From NCBI RefSeq assembly GCF_018350175.1, contig NC_058368.1, forward strand, positions 132,620,001-132,684,000: DNA of 64,000 nucleotides, read 5' to 3'. The notes under the pieces are model-generated. The model had not been told where the DNA came from and ran no database searches. It saw only the letters and a program-made list of their open reading frames with translations. Made by a program: the position numbers and the translations under genes. Position 1 is the first letter of the stretch; every line of letters begins with the position of its first letter. Below are positions 41,174 to 53,985 of the stretch, piece after piece. The DNA is from Felis catus (lineage: Eukaryota).

Positions 41174-41818
41174 GGGCACCTGGGTGGCTCAGTCAGTTAA
41201 GCGTCCGACTTTGGCTCAGGTCATGATCTCGCGGTCCATGAGTTCGAGCCCTGCGTCAGGCTCTGTGCTGACTGACAGCTCAGAGCCTGGAGCCTGTTCA
41301 GATTCTGTGTTTCCCTCTCTCTCTGACCGTCCCCTGTTCATGCTCTGTTTCTCTGTCTCAAAAATAAATAAACGTTAAAAAAAAATTTTTTTTTAAACCT
41401 GTAAATATTAAACCTCTTGTCCTATATAAAACATTAGGAGAAAGACTAATATCTTCTGTTTCTTATTTTTCAAAACCTGATATTTTACTATTTCCTTCCT
41501 TACAAGTTTGTAATCTGAACCTTCTCTAAAAGTTCTATTTGTCAAGAGTAGCAATAGTACAAATATTTCTAGTGTCGCATAGTTCTTCATATGACCTTAA
41601 GCAGTTTATTTCTTACAGTTTTTTAAATGTTTGTTTATTTATTTATTTGGCGGTGGGGGCAGGGGGTAGGGAGAAGGGGAGAGAGAGAGAGTCGTAAGCA
41701 GGCTTCACACTGTCAGTGCAGAGCCTGACATGGGGCTCAATCTCATGAACCATGAAATCATGACCTGAGCTGAAATCTAGAGTCAGGCCCTTAACCATCT
41801 GAGCCACCCAGGCACCCC
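41174..41818. mobile_element. Convergent CAN-SINE pair (41174-41395 plus; 41620-41818 minus)
   Basis: SINE heads; TSD aaacctgtaaata around the first copy. Confidence 0.87.
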
Positions 41819-42885
41819 TCTTTCTAATATCTTTAATTTTAATTCCTATTTCTTGGAAAAAATTACTTCGAAGAGGCCGCTTCTCATTTATTTACAGTGA
41901 AATTTGGGAATAAGAACTTATTTCCATTACATTCCAAAATCTAACGCAAAATTTCCATTTTCTCTTTTTTAAAATGGCTCATTAACATTTTAAGAAAGAG
42001 TTCACCAAACTGAATTATCATTCATTCCTGAGGAGATTTTGTATGGTATGATATATAATATAATATATAAAATTCTAACAGGAAGTTGTACACGACTGAG
42101 GTTGTATGTGGCACTGGCTCCACAATAAATAGTATTATTTTCATTATGTAAGACCAAGATTGGAACTTTATAGCTGCACTGGTCATTTTAGTCATCAAAT
42201 TTTTTGTGTTATTTAAAAATAAACTTTTCTTTTTTGAAAAGTTCCAGATTTATAGGAAGTTGCCCAGATAGTACAGAGAGTTACCATAAATCCCTTACCC
42301 AGTTTCCCTTATTGTTAACATCTTATATTACTATGGAACCAACTAAGGAACCAATATTTGTCTGTTACTATTAATTAAATTCTGTATGTTACTCAGATTT
42401 CACTCATTTTTCCCTCCTCTTTCAGAATCCCTTTCAGGAGATCAACATTATATTTAATCAGCATGCTTCCTCAGGCTCCCATGGGCTGTGAGAATCATTC
42501 AGTCTTTGTTTTTAATAGCCTTGACAGTGCTGAGCTGTACCAACAGCTATTTTGTACAATACCCCTCAATTTGTGTTTGTCTGATGTTTTTCTCATAGTT
42601 AAACTAAGGTTATAGGTTTCGGGGAAGAAGATTACAGAAGTAAAGTGCCCTTATTTTCGTGTCATGTTTAGGGGTACACGATGTCTACATGACTGATCTC
42701 AGTGTTTGCCAGGTTTCTCTACCATAAAGTTACTTTCCTCTGCTTTTCCATGCCCTTCCTCTTTGTAAGCAAGTCACTAAGTGCAACCCATGCTCAAGGT
42801 AGGAGAGAAGTTAATCATCACCTTCTTGAGCAATGGAATATCTACATCAAATATTTGGAGTTCTCCTATATAGGAGATTGTTTTT

Positions 42886-43020
42886 TCTTCCTTCCTTCCT
42901 TCCTTCCTTCCTTCCTTCCTTCCTTCCTTCCTTCCTTCCTTCCTTCCTTCTTCCTTCCTTCCTTCTTCCTTCCTTCCTTCTTCCTTCCTTCTTCCTTCTT
43001 CCTTCCTTCTTCCTTCTTCA
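42886..43020 (+). repeat. (TTCC)n / (TTC)n compound microsatellite
   Basis: Direct reading; ~130 nt pure pyrimidine. Confidence 0.95.
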
Positions 43021-43134
43021 CTCATACATGTATTTATGGAGTCATGGATTTTATACTTTGGAAAAACCAGTCATACCTTGACTCTCCCTCCCTTTAAAGA
43101 AGCCACAAGTGCTGTGTACAGCACCCAGCTACCC

Positions 43135-43337
43135 TTTTTTTTTTTTTAAGTTTATTTATTTATTTTGAGAGAGAAAATGCGAGCAGGGGAGGGGCAGAGA
43201 GAGAGGGAGAGTGAGGATCCCAAGCAGGCTCTGTGCTGACAGTGCAGAGTCCAATGTGGGGCTCAAACCCACAAACCGTGAAATCATGACCTGATCTGAA
43301 GTCGGATGCTCAACCGACTGAGCCACCCAGGTGTCTC
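43135..43337 (-). mobile_element. CAN-SINE
   Basis: Standard body and T tail. Confidence 0.87.
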
Positions 43338-44723
43338 ACAGCCACCTTTTTTTTTTTAAACTTTAAATTTTGAGATCTAGATTTATATACACTTATGAGG
43401 AATAACACAGAATGGTCCCATATCTACTTCATACAGTTTTCACCAGTCTGAGTAAGGAGTTGATGCAATCCACCAATCTTAATCACGTTTCACCAGTGAT
43501 ACATCCACTCATTTCTATGTGATTGTGTATTTATATCTGCAATTTTTTCACATGTGAATTACTGTGACCATTAGTCCTCAAGTTTAAATGCTACTTGAGT
43601 ATAATAACAGGACTGTACAATGAAAGAAAATAGATATTGCTTTTGGCTTTATTAGACATTGGAGGACGCTCAGAATAAAGGACCCTGGAATGCCTCTATG
43701 TTAAGGGTAGTTCTGTTCTGTACTCAAAATATTTGTGGCTGAGACCTTGGTATATATACTTTTTTGTGAACGGGCTTTTTTGGGAAGTGTACTGTGTTAC
43801 CTTGGCAAGAACACTTTGAAAGTTCAGTGTTTCCATAAAGATTTTCCTAGAGCTGCTAAACATTTTTTGTGTAATATAAAAAATTACTTTCCCATACCAG
43901 CAGGTGGAAGCAAGAGCAGTCTTATTGTGTACTTGACTTTCCAAGTATACTGGCATGTTCTGTAGACAATCTATTCGTGATTCAAAGTATCTTTATGATA
44001 TATCCCCTAATTACTCTGCTTCAAGAATTTTATTGTCTTGGCACTTTCTCTTGATTGCTTTATTACCTTATTTACTTGGTGTCTCGGGCTGAACTTAATA
44101 GTTATTCTGGGACAAATTTAGATTTTTATCACTTTTCTAACTCATTGATTGAACAGTTAACAACATGTGTGCTTTGCATTGAACATTCTTCCACATTTGC
44201 TAAGAAACACAAATATGACTAAGACATGCACTGTGTTCTCAAAGAACTTATATTCTAGTAGAATTAGAAGGAGAATGTCTTCATTCCTCCCCTGACCTGG
44301 GAGAAACAGATCAGTCAGCCTTCCTAGTTTTTCTCCAGTCAATATGTGGCTGGTATTCAATATTCATATAAATTTTAATTCATTCAATAAATATCTGCTG
44401 AGTACCAGGTACTATATAGGGGCTTAACTTATAAATTTATGCTTTTTTCCTTATAGATTAAAAAAAAGACCAAAGCAATCTTTATATGTATCATTTATTT
44501 TTAAAATTTTTAATACAGATCATATGGAGTAAGTATCCAATTGACACATAGACCCAGAAACATTGAACCTAAGACATTTAGAAGTTAGAAGTAGCTAATG
44601 TTAGTAACATTTCCTTGAATATACTTGGAAGACCTTCTACAAATGCTAGTTGAAATAAAATGGAAGCATGATACTCTAGACCAGTTCTGTTAGCTATTTA
44701 GTAACAGCTAATAAGAATGATAA

Positions 44724-44850
44724 GGGGCACCTGGTGGCACAGTCAGTTAAGTGTCTGGCTCTTGATTTTGGCTCAGGTCATGGTGTCATGGTTTCATGAG
44801 TTCAAGCCCTGCATTGGGCTCTGTGCTGACAGTGTGGAGCCTGCTGGGGA

Positions 44851-44917
<67 letters not shown>

Positions 44918-45120
44918 TCCCTCTCCCTCTCCCTCTCCCTCTCCCTCTCCCTCCCTCCCTCCCTCCCTCCCTCTCCCTCCCCGTCTCTCCCTCCCCTCCC
45001 CCGCCCTCCTCCCCCCACTCACACTGTCTCTGTCTCTCTCAAATAAACTTTTTAAAAAGAATGATAATAAAACATTTTATACAAAGGATAGAAATGAAAG
45101 AGGAGAATCAACATCTAAGG

Positions 45121-45159
<39 letters not shown>

Positions 45160-45445
45160 CGCATGCGCATGTTTATGTGTGGAAAGTGAAAGATAAAACT
45201 TCCCCAAGGCAGTTATTTGTTCTGTCCTCTAAATTCCCCATCGGTTTAGGGGCGCGTGGATGTCTCAGTCGATTAAGCATCCAACTCTTGATATCCGCTC
45301 AGGTCATGATCTTAGGGTTTGTGAGATATGCCCTGTGATAGGCTCCACACTGACAGCATGGAGCCTGCTTGGGATTCTCTGTCTCCCTCTCTCTATGCCT
45401 CTCCCCTACTCACATTCTCTCTGTCTCTACATAAACAAATAAATA
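44724..45445 (+). repeat. CAN-SINE with expanded (CT)n/(CTCTCC)n tract (44724-45060), (TG)n at 45122-45156, second SINE 45249-45445
   Basis: Direct reading. Confidence 0.9.
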
Positions 45446-47562
45446 ATTTCCCATCAGTTTATTCCTATAAAATTTGCTGACTTGTGTTCTAATCTTTTGT
45501 GTCCTGTTCACAAGTCTGTAAGTTCCTAAAGGGCAATACGTTCATAACTTCAGTAAGTATTTATTAAAGGAATGACTGAATCAATTAATTTACTTCATGG
45601 CACATCCCTTTATGATGAACCTTTTTTGGTAATACAATCTGGAATCTAAGCATAGTCACAGATGACAGTAATAACGTAACTTACCTGAAAAATTAACAGG
45701 GAATTAAGAACTAGCATTTGTTGCATAAAAGTTTTCTTAGAATGCCTTGGCTGAACCTTATCTATGTGAAATGTAGATTGTTTGCAGCTTCCTAGGAGTA
45801 CACTTTTTCAAGTGGTTTTACTACTTACCTAAGAACAGTTCATCAAAGGGCTCTGAAAAAGAGTGAGACCCGGTGCAAAGGGTAGCCATCAGGTTGCCCC
45901 AGTTTGAATTGTTTTAATCTTTGGAAATGGGTGACTACAAGCTGCCCATTCCTACATGGCCTGTTTTTCAGAGCTGGATGAAAGCTGAAGTCGAGCACTC
46001 GTCCCCAGCCCTTGTAGCAGTCCTTCAGATAACAGATCAGATAAGTGACGTCAGTGTGTGTGCCTTACCTGCCTTTTCTCCCCCACTACGAGCCGGGCGG
46101 AAGATCAAAGAGGTGCAACTAGTGAGAAATCTGCTATTTTCCTTCTCTAGGATGCAGTTGCAACATGAGTGTGGCGTGGTAGTTAAGAATATGGGCTTTG
46201 TAAGCACATCTAGTTTTAAATCCCAGCTCCACACCTGCGGTATGACCCTGACCCTATATGCCTCTTGGCTTCTTGGAAGAATTAACTAAGAAAAGTCACG
46301 TAAACTCTTGATATGGTGCCGGCACTTTAGCAGGCTCTTCATAAACAGTAGGGGTGATGATGATAACATCAGTCATAGGTGTGGCAAGTTTCTAGCTTAC
46401 GAGCCTCGATGAAGATTGGTAAACTGAGGTTGGGAATTCATTAGAAAGAAAAATTTTGAACATATTGCATTTGAGATGTCTGTGGGGTCTGGTCCTCTAG
46501 CTAGGCATCTGGGTAGAATCATGGAAGTCACCAACTTTTTTGAATGGGTACAGGAAGAGAAGCCAACAAAGGAGACTGAGAAGAAATGGTCAGAAAAGTG
46601 GAAGAAGGACTAAGAAAGAGTAAAAGTGAGCTTTGCCAGAGAACTTTTAGTGACATAATGTGGACGACTTAGTGACAAGACAAAGAAGTAGAGACACCAG
46701 GTGGGACATTTGCAGGATGCAAAAACCGAAGACTATAAGTAGGGAGACACATCTTTCTTTAAAACTAAGAAAGAACATGGGAACCGGTGGAGATTCAGGA
46801 GGTTATCATACTTAATTACATTTTTTGTAAACTCAGTAACCAAGCTAGACGGGTCTTTCTGGACATCAATTCTGCTAAATAACATCAAAAGTAACAATTT
46901 TGGCTAAGAATGTGAGTCTCTCTTTACTGGTACAAGTTGACTTATCCTAAGGCATTTAATTCGATAACATTCTTTTTTTGTAAAGCAGTTCTATCCTGAG
47001 CCAAATTGAAAGTTCCTTAAATAAAAAAGCTGGTGCCTGGACCATTAGTAACTAAAATACCAGATGCTTATCTTTTTTAGGGGGCTATAAGTACCCAAAA
47101 TGGAGCTCACTAACTATTGAGTACTACTCATGAATCTGTTTCTCCAATGCAACAGTCCATTCAGAAGAAAAAAATATTAGCAACATTCAGAATGCTTGAG
47201 TCCAATATGTGCCATTATTTCCATTCTGCATCATCTCTAATTGCAGGTCAGGGCTTTATAAAATGCCCCACGAAGGCTAAATACTGTCAGGTGGAGCTAC
47301 TTGTATATCGGACATGTAGATAGAAGAGAAGTATTAAATAACCTTAAGTCAATCACTTCTTGGCCTTTTGATCAAAGTCAAGTGGAAGTTTTTGGACACT
47401 ATTTTAGGTTCAGGGTCTATAGGTATCACTAAAAACCAGTTTCCACTTAAGGTCTGTTGGACATATAGCCAAGTCAATAGGTGAATACACTTCAGTCTGA
47501 TAAGTGCTTTGGTCAGTGTACGTTTAGGGTACTGTAGGTGCACAGAGGAATAATTCCTATTC

Positions 47563-47784
47563 GGGCACCTCAGTGGCTCATTTGGCTGAGCATCCAACTC
47601 TTAATCTCAGCTCAGGTCATGATCTCACAGTTCGTGAGATTGAGCTTCACATGATACTCTGTGCTGACAGTGCAGAGCCTGCTTGGAATTCTCCATCTCC
47701 CTGTCTCTCTGCCCCTCCCCTGCCTGCGCTGTCTCTCACTCTTCCTCTCTCTCAAAAATAAACATTTAAAAAAAATAAACATTA
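47563..47784 (+). mobile_element. CAN-SINE whose A-rich tail received the full-length L1
   Basis: SINE body runs directly into the L1 TSD. Confidence 0.88.
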
Positions 47785-48714
47785 GGGGGAGGAGGGAAGA
47801 TGGCGGCGTAGGAGGATGCTGGGCTCACCTCGTGTCCTGCTGATCACTTAGATTCCACCTACACCTGCCTAAATAACCCAGAAAACCGCCAGAGGATTAG
47901 CAGAACGGAGTCGCCGGAGCCAAGCACAGACGAGAGGCCCACGGAAGAGGGTAGGAAGGGCGGCGAGGCGGTGCGCGCTCCACGGACTGGCGGGAGGGAG
48001 CCGGGGCGGAGGGGCGGCTCGCCGGCCAAGCAGAACCCCCGAGTCTGGCTGGCAAAAGCGGAGGGGCCTGACGGACTGTGTTCCCACAACAAGCGCAACT
48101 TAGCGTCTGGGAGGTCATAAGTTAACAGCTCTGCTCGGAAAGCGGGAAGGCTGGAGGACAAAGGGAGGGAGAGCTGCTGAGCCCCCTGACGACAGAGCTC
48201 AGTTTGGTGGGGAACAAAGGCGCTCGCCAGCGCCATTTCCCCCGCCCATCCCCCAGCCAAAATCCCAAAGAGAACCAGTTCCTGCCAGGGAACTTGCTTG
48301 ATCCCCGCAAACACCCAACTCTGCACTTCTGCGGAGCCAAACCTCCAGCAGCGGATCTGACTCCCTATTGCTGCCACAGGGCCCCTCCTGAAGTGGATCA
48401 CCTAAGGAGAAGCGAGCTAAGCCTGCCCCTCCTGCCCCCGTGCACCTTGCCTACCCACCCCAGCTAATACGCCAGATCCCCAGCATCACAAGCCTGGCAG
48501 TGTGCAAGTAGCCCAGACAGGCCACGCCACCCCACAGTGAATCCCGCCCCTAGGAGAGGGGAAGAGAAGGCACACACCAGTCTGACTGTGGCCCCAGCGG
48601 TGGGCTGGGGGCAGACATCAGGTCTGACTGCGGCCCCGCCCACCAACTCCAGTTATACACCACAGCACAGGGGAAGTGCCCTGCAGGTCCTCACCTCGCC
48701 AGGGACTATCCAAA

Positions 48715-49597
48715 ATGACCAAGCGGAAGAATTCCCCTCAGAAAAATCTCCAGGAAATAACAACAGCTGATCAAAAAGGATTTAAATAATATAACAGAAA
48801 GTGAATTTAGAATAATAGTCAAAATTAATCGCTGGGCTTGAAAACAGTATACAGGACAGCAGAGAATCTCTTGCTACAGAGATCAAGGGACTAAGGAGCA
48901 GTCACGAGGAGCTGAAAAACGCTTTAAACGAAATGCATAACAAAATGGAAACCACCAGGGCTCGGATTGAAGAGGCAGAGGAGAGAATAGGTGAACTAGA
49001 AGATAAAGTTATGGAAAAAGAGGAAGCTGAGAAAAAGAGAGATAAAAAAATCCAGGAGTATGAGGGGAAAATTAGAGAACTAAGTGATACACTAAAAAGA
49101 AATAATATACGCATAATTGGTATCCCAGAGGAGGAAGAGAGAGGGAAAGGTGCTGAAGGGGTACTTGAAGAAATCATAGCTGAGAACTTCCCTGAACTGG
49201 GGAAGGAAAAAGGCATTGAAATCCAAGAGGCACAGAGAACCCCCTTCAGACGTAACTTGAATCGATCTTCTGCACGACATATCATAGTGAAACTGGCAAA
49301 ATACGAGGATAAAGAGAAAATTCTGAAAGCAGCAAGGGGTAAACGTGCCCTTGCATATAAAGGGAGACCTGTAAGACTCGTGACTGATCTCTCTTTTGAA
49401 ACTTGGCAGGCCAGAAAGAATTGGCACGAGATTTCAAGGTGCTAGACAGAAAAAATACGCAGCCGAGAATCCTTTATCCAGCAAGTCTGTCATTTAGAAT
49501 AGAAGGAGAGATAAAGGTCTTCCCAAACAAACAAAAACTGAAGGAATTTGTCACCACTAAACTAGCCCTACAAGAGATCCTAAGGGGGACCCTGTGA
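48715..49597 (+). pseudogene. L1 ORF1p remnant (frameshifted)
   Basis: MTKRKNSPQK start; coiled-coil segment, RNNIRIIGIPEEE and RILYPA motifs are split over frames (48933-49445, 49403-49597). Confidence 0.92.
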
Positions 49598-49647
49598 GAC
49601 AAAGTACCAGAGACATCACTACAAGCATAAAACATACAGACATCACA

Positions 49648-52600
49648 ATGACTCTAAACCCGTATCTTTCTATAATAACACTGAATGTAAATGTATTAAA
49701 TGCGCCAACCAAAAGACATAGGGTATCAGAATGGATAAAAAAAACAAGACCCATCTATTTGCTGTCTACAAGAGACTCATTTTAGACCTGAGGACACCTT
49801 TAGATTGAGAGTGAGGGGATGGAGAACTATTTATCATGCTACTGGAAGCCAAAAGAAAGCTGGAGTAGCCAGACTTATATCAGACAAACTAGACTTTAAA
49901 TTAAAGACTGTAACAAGAGATGAAGAAGGACATTATATAATAGTTACAAGGTCTATCCATCAGGAAGAGCTAACAATTATAAATGTCTATGCGCCGAATA
50001 CCGGAGCCCCCAAATATATAAAACAATTACTCATAAACATAAGCAACCTTATTGATAAGAATGTGGTAATTGCAGGGGACTTTAACACCCCATTTACAGA
50101 AATGGATAGATCATCTAGACACACGGTCAATAAAGAAACAAGGGCCCTGAATGAGACATTGGATCAGATGGACTTGACAGATATATTTAGAACTCTGCAT
50201 CCCAAAGCAACAGAATATACTTTCTTCTCGAGTGCACATGGAACATTCTCCAAGATAGATCATATACTGGGTCACAAAACAGCCCTTCATAAGTTTACAA
50301 GAATTGAAATTATACCATGCATACTTTCAGACCACAATGCCATGAAGCTTGAAATCAACCACAGAAAAAAGTCTGGAAAACCTCCAAAAGCATGGAGGTT
50401 AAAGAACACCCTACTAACGAATGAGTGGGTCAACCAGGCAATTAGAGAAGAAATTAAGAAATATATGGAAACAAACGAAAATGAAAATACAGCAATCCAA
50501 ATGCTTTGGGACACAGCGAAGGCAGTCCTGAGAGGAAAATACATTGCAATCCAGGCCTATCTCAAGAAACAAGAAAAATCCCAAATATAAAATCTAACAG
50601 CACACCTAAAGGAACTAGAAGCAGAACAGCAAAGGCAGCCTAAACCCAGCAGAAGAAGAGAAATAACAAAGATCAGAGCAGAAATAAACAATATAGAATC
50701 TAAAAAAACTGTAGAGCAGATCAACGAAACCAAGAGTTGGTTTTTTGAAAAAATAAACAAAATTGACAAACCTCTAGCCAGGCTTCTCAAAAAGAAAAGG
50801 GAGATGACCCAAATAGATAAAATCATGAATGAAAATGGAATTATTACAACCAATCCCTCAGAGATACAAACAACTATCAGGGAATACTATGAAAAATTAT
50901 ATGCCAACAAATTGGACAACCTGGAAGAAATGGACAAATTCCTGAACACCCACACTCTTCCAAAACTCAATCAGGAGGAAATAGAAAGCTTGAACAGACC
51001 CATAACCAGCGAAGAAATTGAATCGGTTATCAAAAATCTCCCAACAAATAAGAGTCCAGGACCAGATGGCTTCCCAGGGGAGTTCTACCAGACGTTTAAA
51101 GCAGAGATAATACCTATCTTTCTCAAGCTATTCCAAGAAATAGAAAGGGAAGGAAAACTTCCAGACTCATTCTATGAAGCCAGTATTACTTTGATTCCTA
51201 AACCAGACAGAGACCCAGTAAAAAAAGAGAACTACAGGCCAATATCCTTGATGAATATGAATGCAAAAATTCTCAATAAGATACTAGCAAATCGAATTCA
51301 ACGGCATATAAAAAGAATGATTCACCATGATCAAGTGGGATTCATTCCTGGGGTGCAGGGCTGGTTCAACATTCGCAAATCAGTCAACGTGATACATCAC
51401 ATTAACAAAAAAAGAGAAGAACCATATGATCCTGTCAATCGATGCAGAAAAGGCCTTTGACAAAATCCAGCACCCTTTCTTAATAAAAACCCTTGAGAAA
51501 GTCGGGATAGAAGGAACATACTTAAAGATCATAAAAGCCATTTATGAAAAGCCCACAGCTAACATCATCCTCAACGGGGAAAAACTGAGAGCTTTCTCCC
51601 TGAGATCAGGAACACGACAGGGATGCCCACTCTCACCGCTGCTGTTTAACATAGTGCTGGAAGTTCTAGCATCAGCAATCAGACAACAAAAGGAAATCAA
51701 AGGCATCAAAATTGGCAAAGATGCAGTCAAGCTTTCGCTTTTTGCAGATGACATGATATTATACATGGAAAATCCGATAGACTCCACCAAAAGTCTGCTA
51801 GAACTGATACATGAATTCAGCAAAGTTGCAGGATACAAAATCAATGTACAGAAATCAGTTGCATTCTTATACACTAACAATGAAGCAACAGAAAGACAAA
51901 GAAACTGATCCCATTCACAATTGCACCAAGAAGCATAAAATACCTAGGAATAAATCTAACCAAAGATGTAAAGGATCTGTATGCTGAAAACTATAGAAAG
52001 CTTATGAAGGTAATTGAAGAAGATTTAAAGAAATGGAAAGACATTCCCTGCTCATGGATTGGAAGAATAAATATTGTCAAAATGTCAATACTACCCAAAG
52101 CTATCTACACATTCAATGCAATCCCAATCAAAATTGCACCAGCATTCTTCTCGAAACTAGAACAAGCAATCCTAAAATTCATATGGAACCACAAAAGGCC
52201 CCGAATAGCCAAAGTAATTTTGAAGAAGAAGACCAAAGCAGGAGGCATCACAATCCCAGACTTTAGCCTCTACTACAAAGCTGTAGTCATCAAGACAGCA
52301 TGGTATTGGCACAAAAACAGACACATAGACCAATGGAATAGAATAGAAACCCCAGAACTAGACCCACAAACGTATGGCCAACTCATCTTTGACAAAGCAG
52401 GAAAGAACATCCAATGGAAAAAAGACAGCCTCTTTAACAAATGGTGCTGGGAGAACTGGACAGCAACATGCTGAAGGTTGAAACTAGACTACTTTCTCAC
52501 ACCATTCACAAAAATAAACTCAAAATGGATAAAGGACCTGAATGTGAGACAGGAAACCATCAAAACCTTAGAGGAGAAAGCAGGAAAAGACCTCTCTGAC

Positions 52601-53466
52601 CTCAGCCGTAGCAATCTCTTACTCGACACATCCCCAAAGGCAAGGGAATTAAAAGCAAAAGTGAAATCCTGGGACCTTATGAAGATAAAAAGCTTCTGCA
52701 CAGCAAAGGAAACAACCAACAAAACTAAAAGGCAACCAACTGAATGGGAAAAGATATTTGCAATGACATATCGGACAAAGGGCTAGTATCCAAAATCTAT
52801 AAAGAGCTCACCAAACTCCACACCCGAAAAACAAATAACCCAGTGAAGAAATGGGCAGAAAACATGAATAGACACTTCTCTAAAGGAGACATCCGGATGG
52901 CCAACAGGCACATGAAAAGATGTTCAGCGTCGCTCCTTATCAGGGAAATACAAATCAAAACCACACTCAGATATCACCTCACGCCAGTCAGAGTGGCCAA
53001 AATGAACAAATCAGGAGACTATAGATGCTGGAGAGGATGTGGAGAAACGGGAACCCTCTTGCACTGTTGGTGGGAATGCAAATTGGTGCAGCCGCTCTGG
53101 AAAGCAGTGTGGAGGTTCCTCAGAAAATTAAAAATAGACCTACCCTATGACCCAGCAATAGCACTGCTAGGAATTTATCCAAGGGATACAGGAGTACTGA
53201 TGCATAGGGGCACTTGTACCCCAATGTTCATAGCAGCACTCTCAACAATAGCCAAATTATGGAAAGAGCCTAAATGTCCATCAACTGATGAATGGATAAA
53301 GAAATTGTGGTTTATATACACAATGGAATACTACGTGGCAATGAGAAAAAATGAAATATGGCCTTTTGTAGCAACGTGGATGGAACTGGAGAGTGTGATG
53401 CTAAGTGAAATAAGCCATACAGAGAAAGACAGATACCATATGGTTTCACTCTTATGTGGATCCTGA
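49648..53466 (+). pseudogene. L1 ORF2p remnant (endonuclease, reverse transcriptase, C-terminal Cys-rich domain) with stops and frameshifts
   Basis: MTLNPYLSIITLNVN start; AGDFNTP and SDHN endonuclease motifs; RQGCPLSP and FADD (51741-51752); [18 protein letters not shown]; stops at 50588-50590 and 52472-52474, frameshifts near 49740, 51410, 51900, 52760. Confidence 0.95.
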
Positions 53467-53789
53467 GAAACTTAACAGGAACCCATGGGGGAGGGGAAGG
53501 AAAAAAAAAAAAAAGAGGTTAGAGTGGGAGAGAGCCAAAGCATAAGAGACTGTTAAAAACTGAGAACAAACTGAGGGTTGATGGGGGGTGGGAGGGAGGA
53601 GAGGGTGGGTGATGGGTATTGAAGAGGGCACCTTTTGGGATGAGCACTGGGTGTTGTATGGAAACCAATTTGACAATAAATTTCATATATAAAAAATAAA
53701 TAAATAAATAAACATTAAAAAAAATAAAACAGCTGGGGGTAATCAAAAAGACTTCCTGGAGAAGGTGAGGTCTGAGTTGAGATCAAAAG

Positions 53790-53933
53790 CCGCAGTGGCT
53801 CAGTTGATTAAGTGTCCGACTCTTGGTTTCAACTCAAGTCGTGATCTCGTGGTTTCTGAGTTCAGGTTCCGCATCAGGCCTGCTTGGGATTCTCTCTCTC
53901 TTCATCTCTTTCTGCCCTCCCCAGCTTGTGCTT

Positions 53934-53969
<36 letters not shown>

Positions 53970-53985
53970 AAAGTAAATAAAGAAA
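53790..53985 (+). mobile_element. Diverged CAN-SINE
   Basis: gtggctcagttgattaagtgtccgactct head, (CT)n. Confidence 0.8.

Larger units (their letters stand above)
47785..53705 (+). mobile_element. Full-length feline LINE-1 (~5.9 kb), disabled
   Basis: CpG-rich 5'UTR starting GGGGGAGGAGGGAAGATGGCGG; ORF1 and ORF2 remnants; A-rich tail; 12-bp TSD aaataaacatta (47773-47784 / 53706-53717). Confidence 0.97.

Noticed and set aside
42702..45338. Low-complexity ORFs (FLPS, KEGR, SL, ER repeats)
   Set aside because: Microsatellite translations
49648..53466. Reverse transcriptase/endonuclease ORFs as a novel RT system
   Set aside because: Ordinary LINE-1 ORF2 with multiple stops and frameshifts
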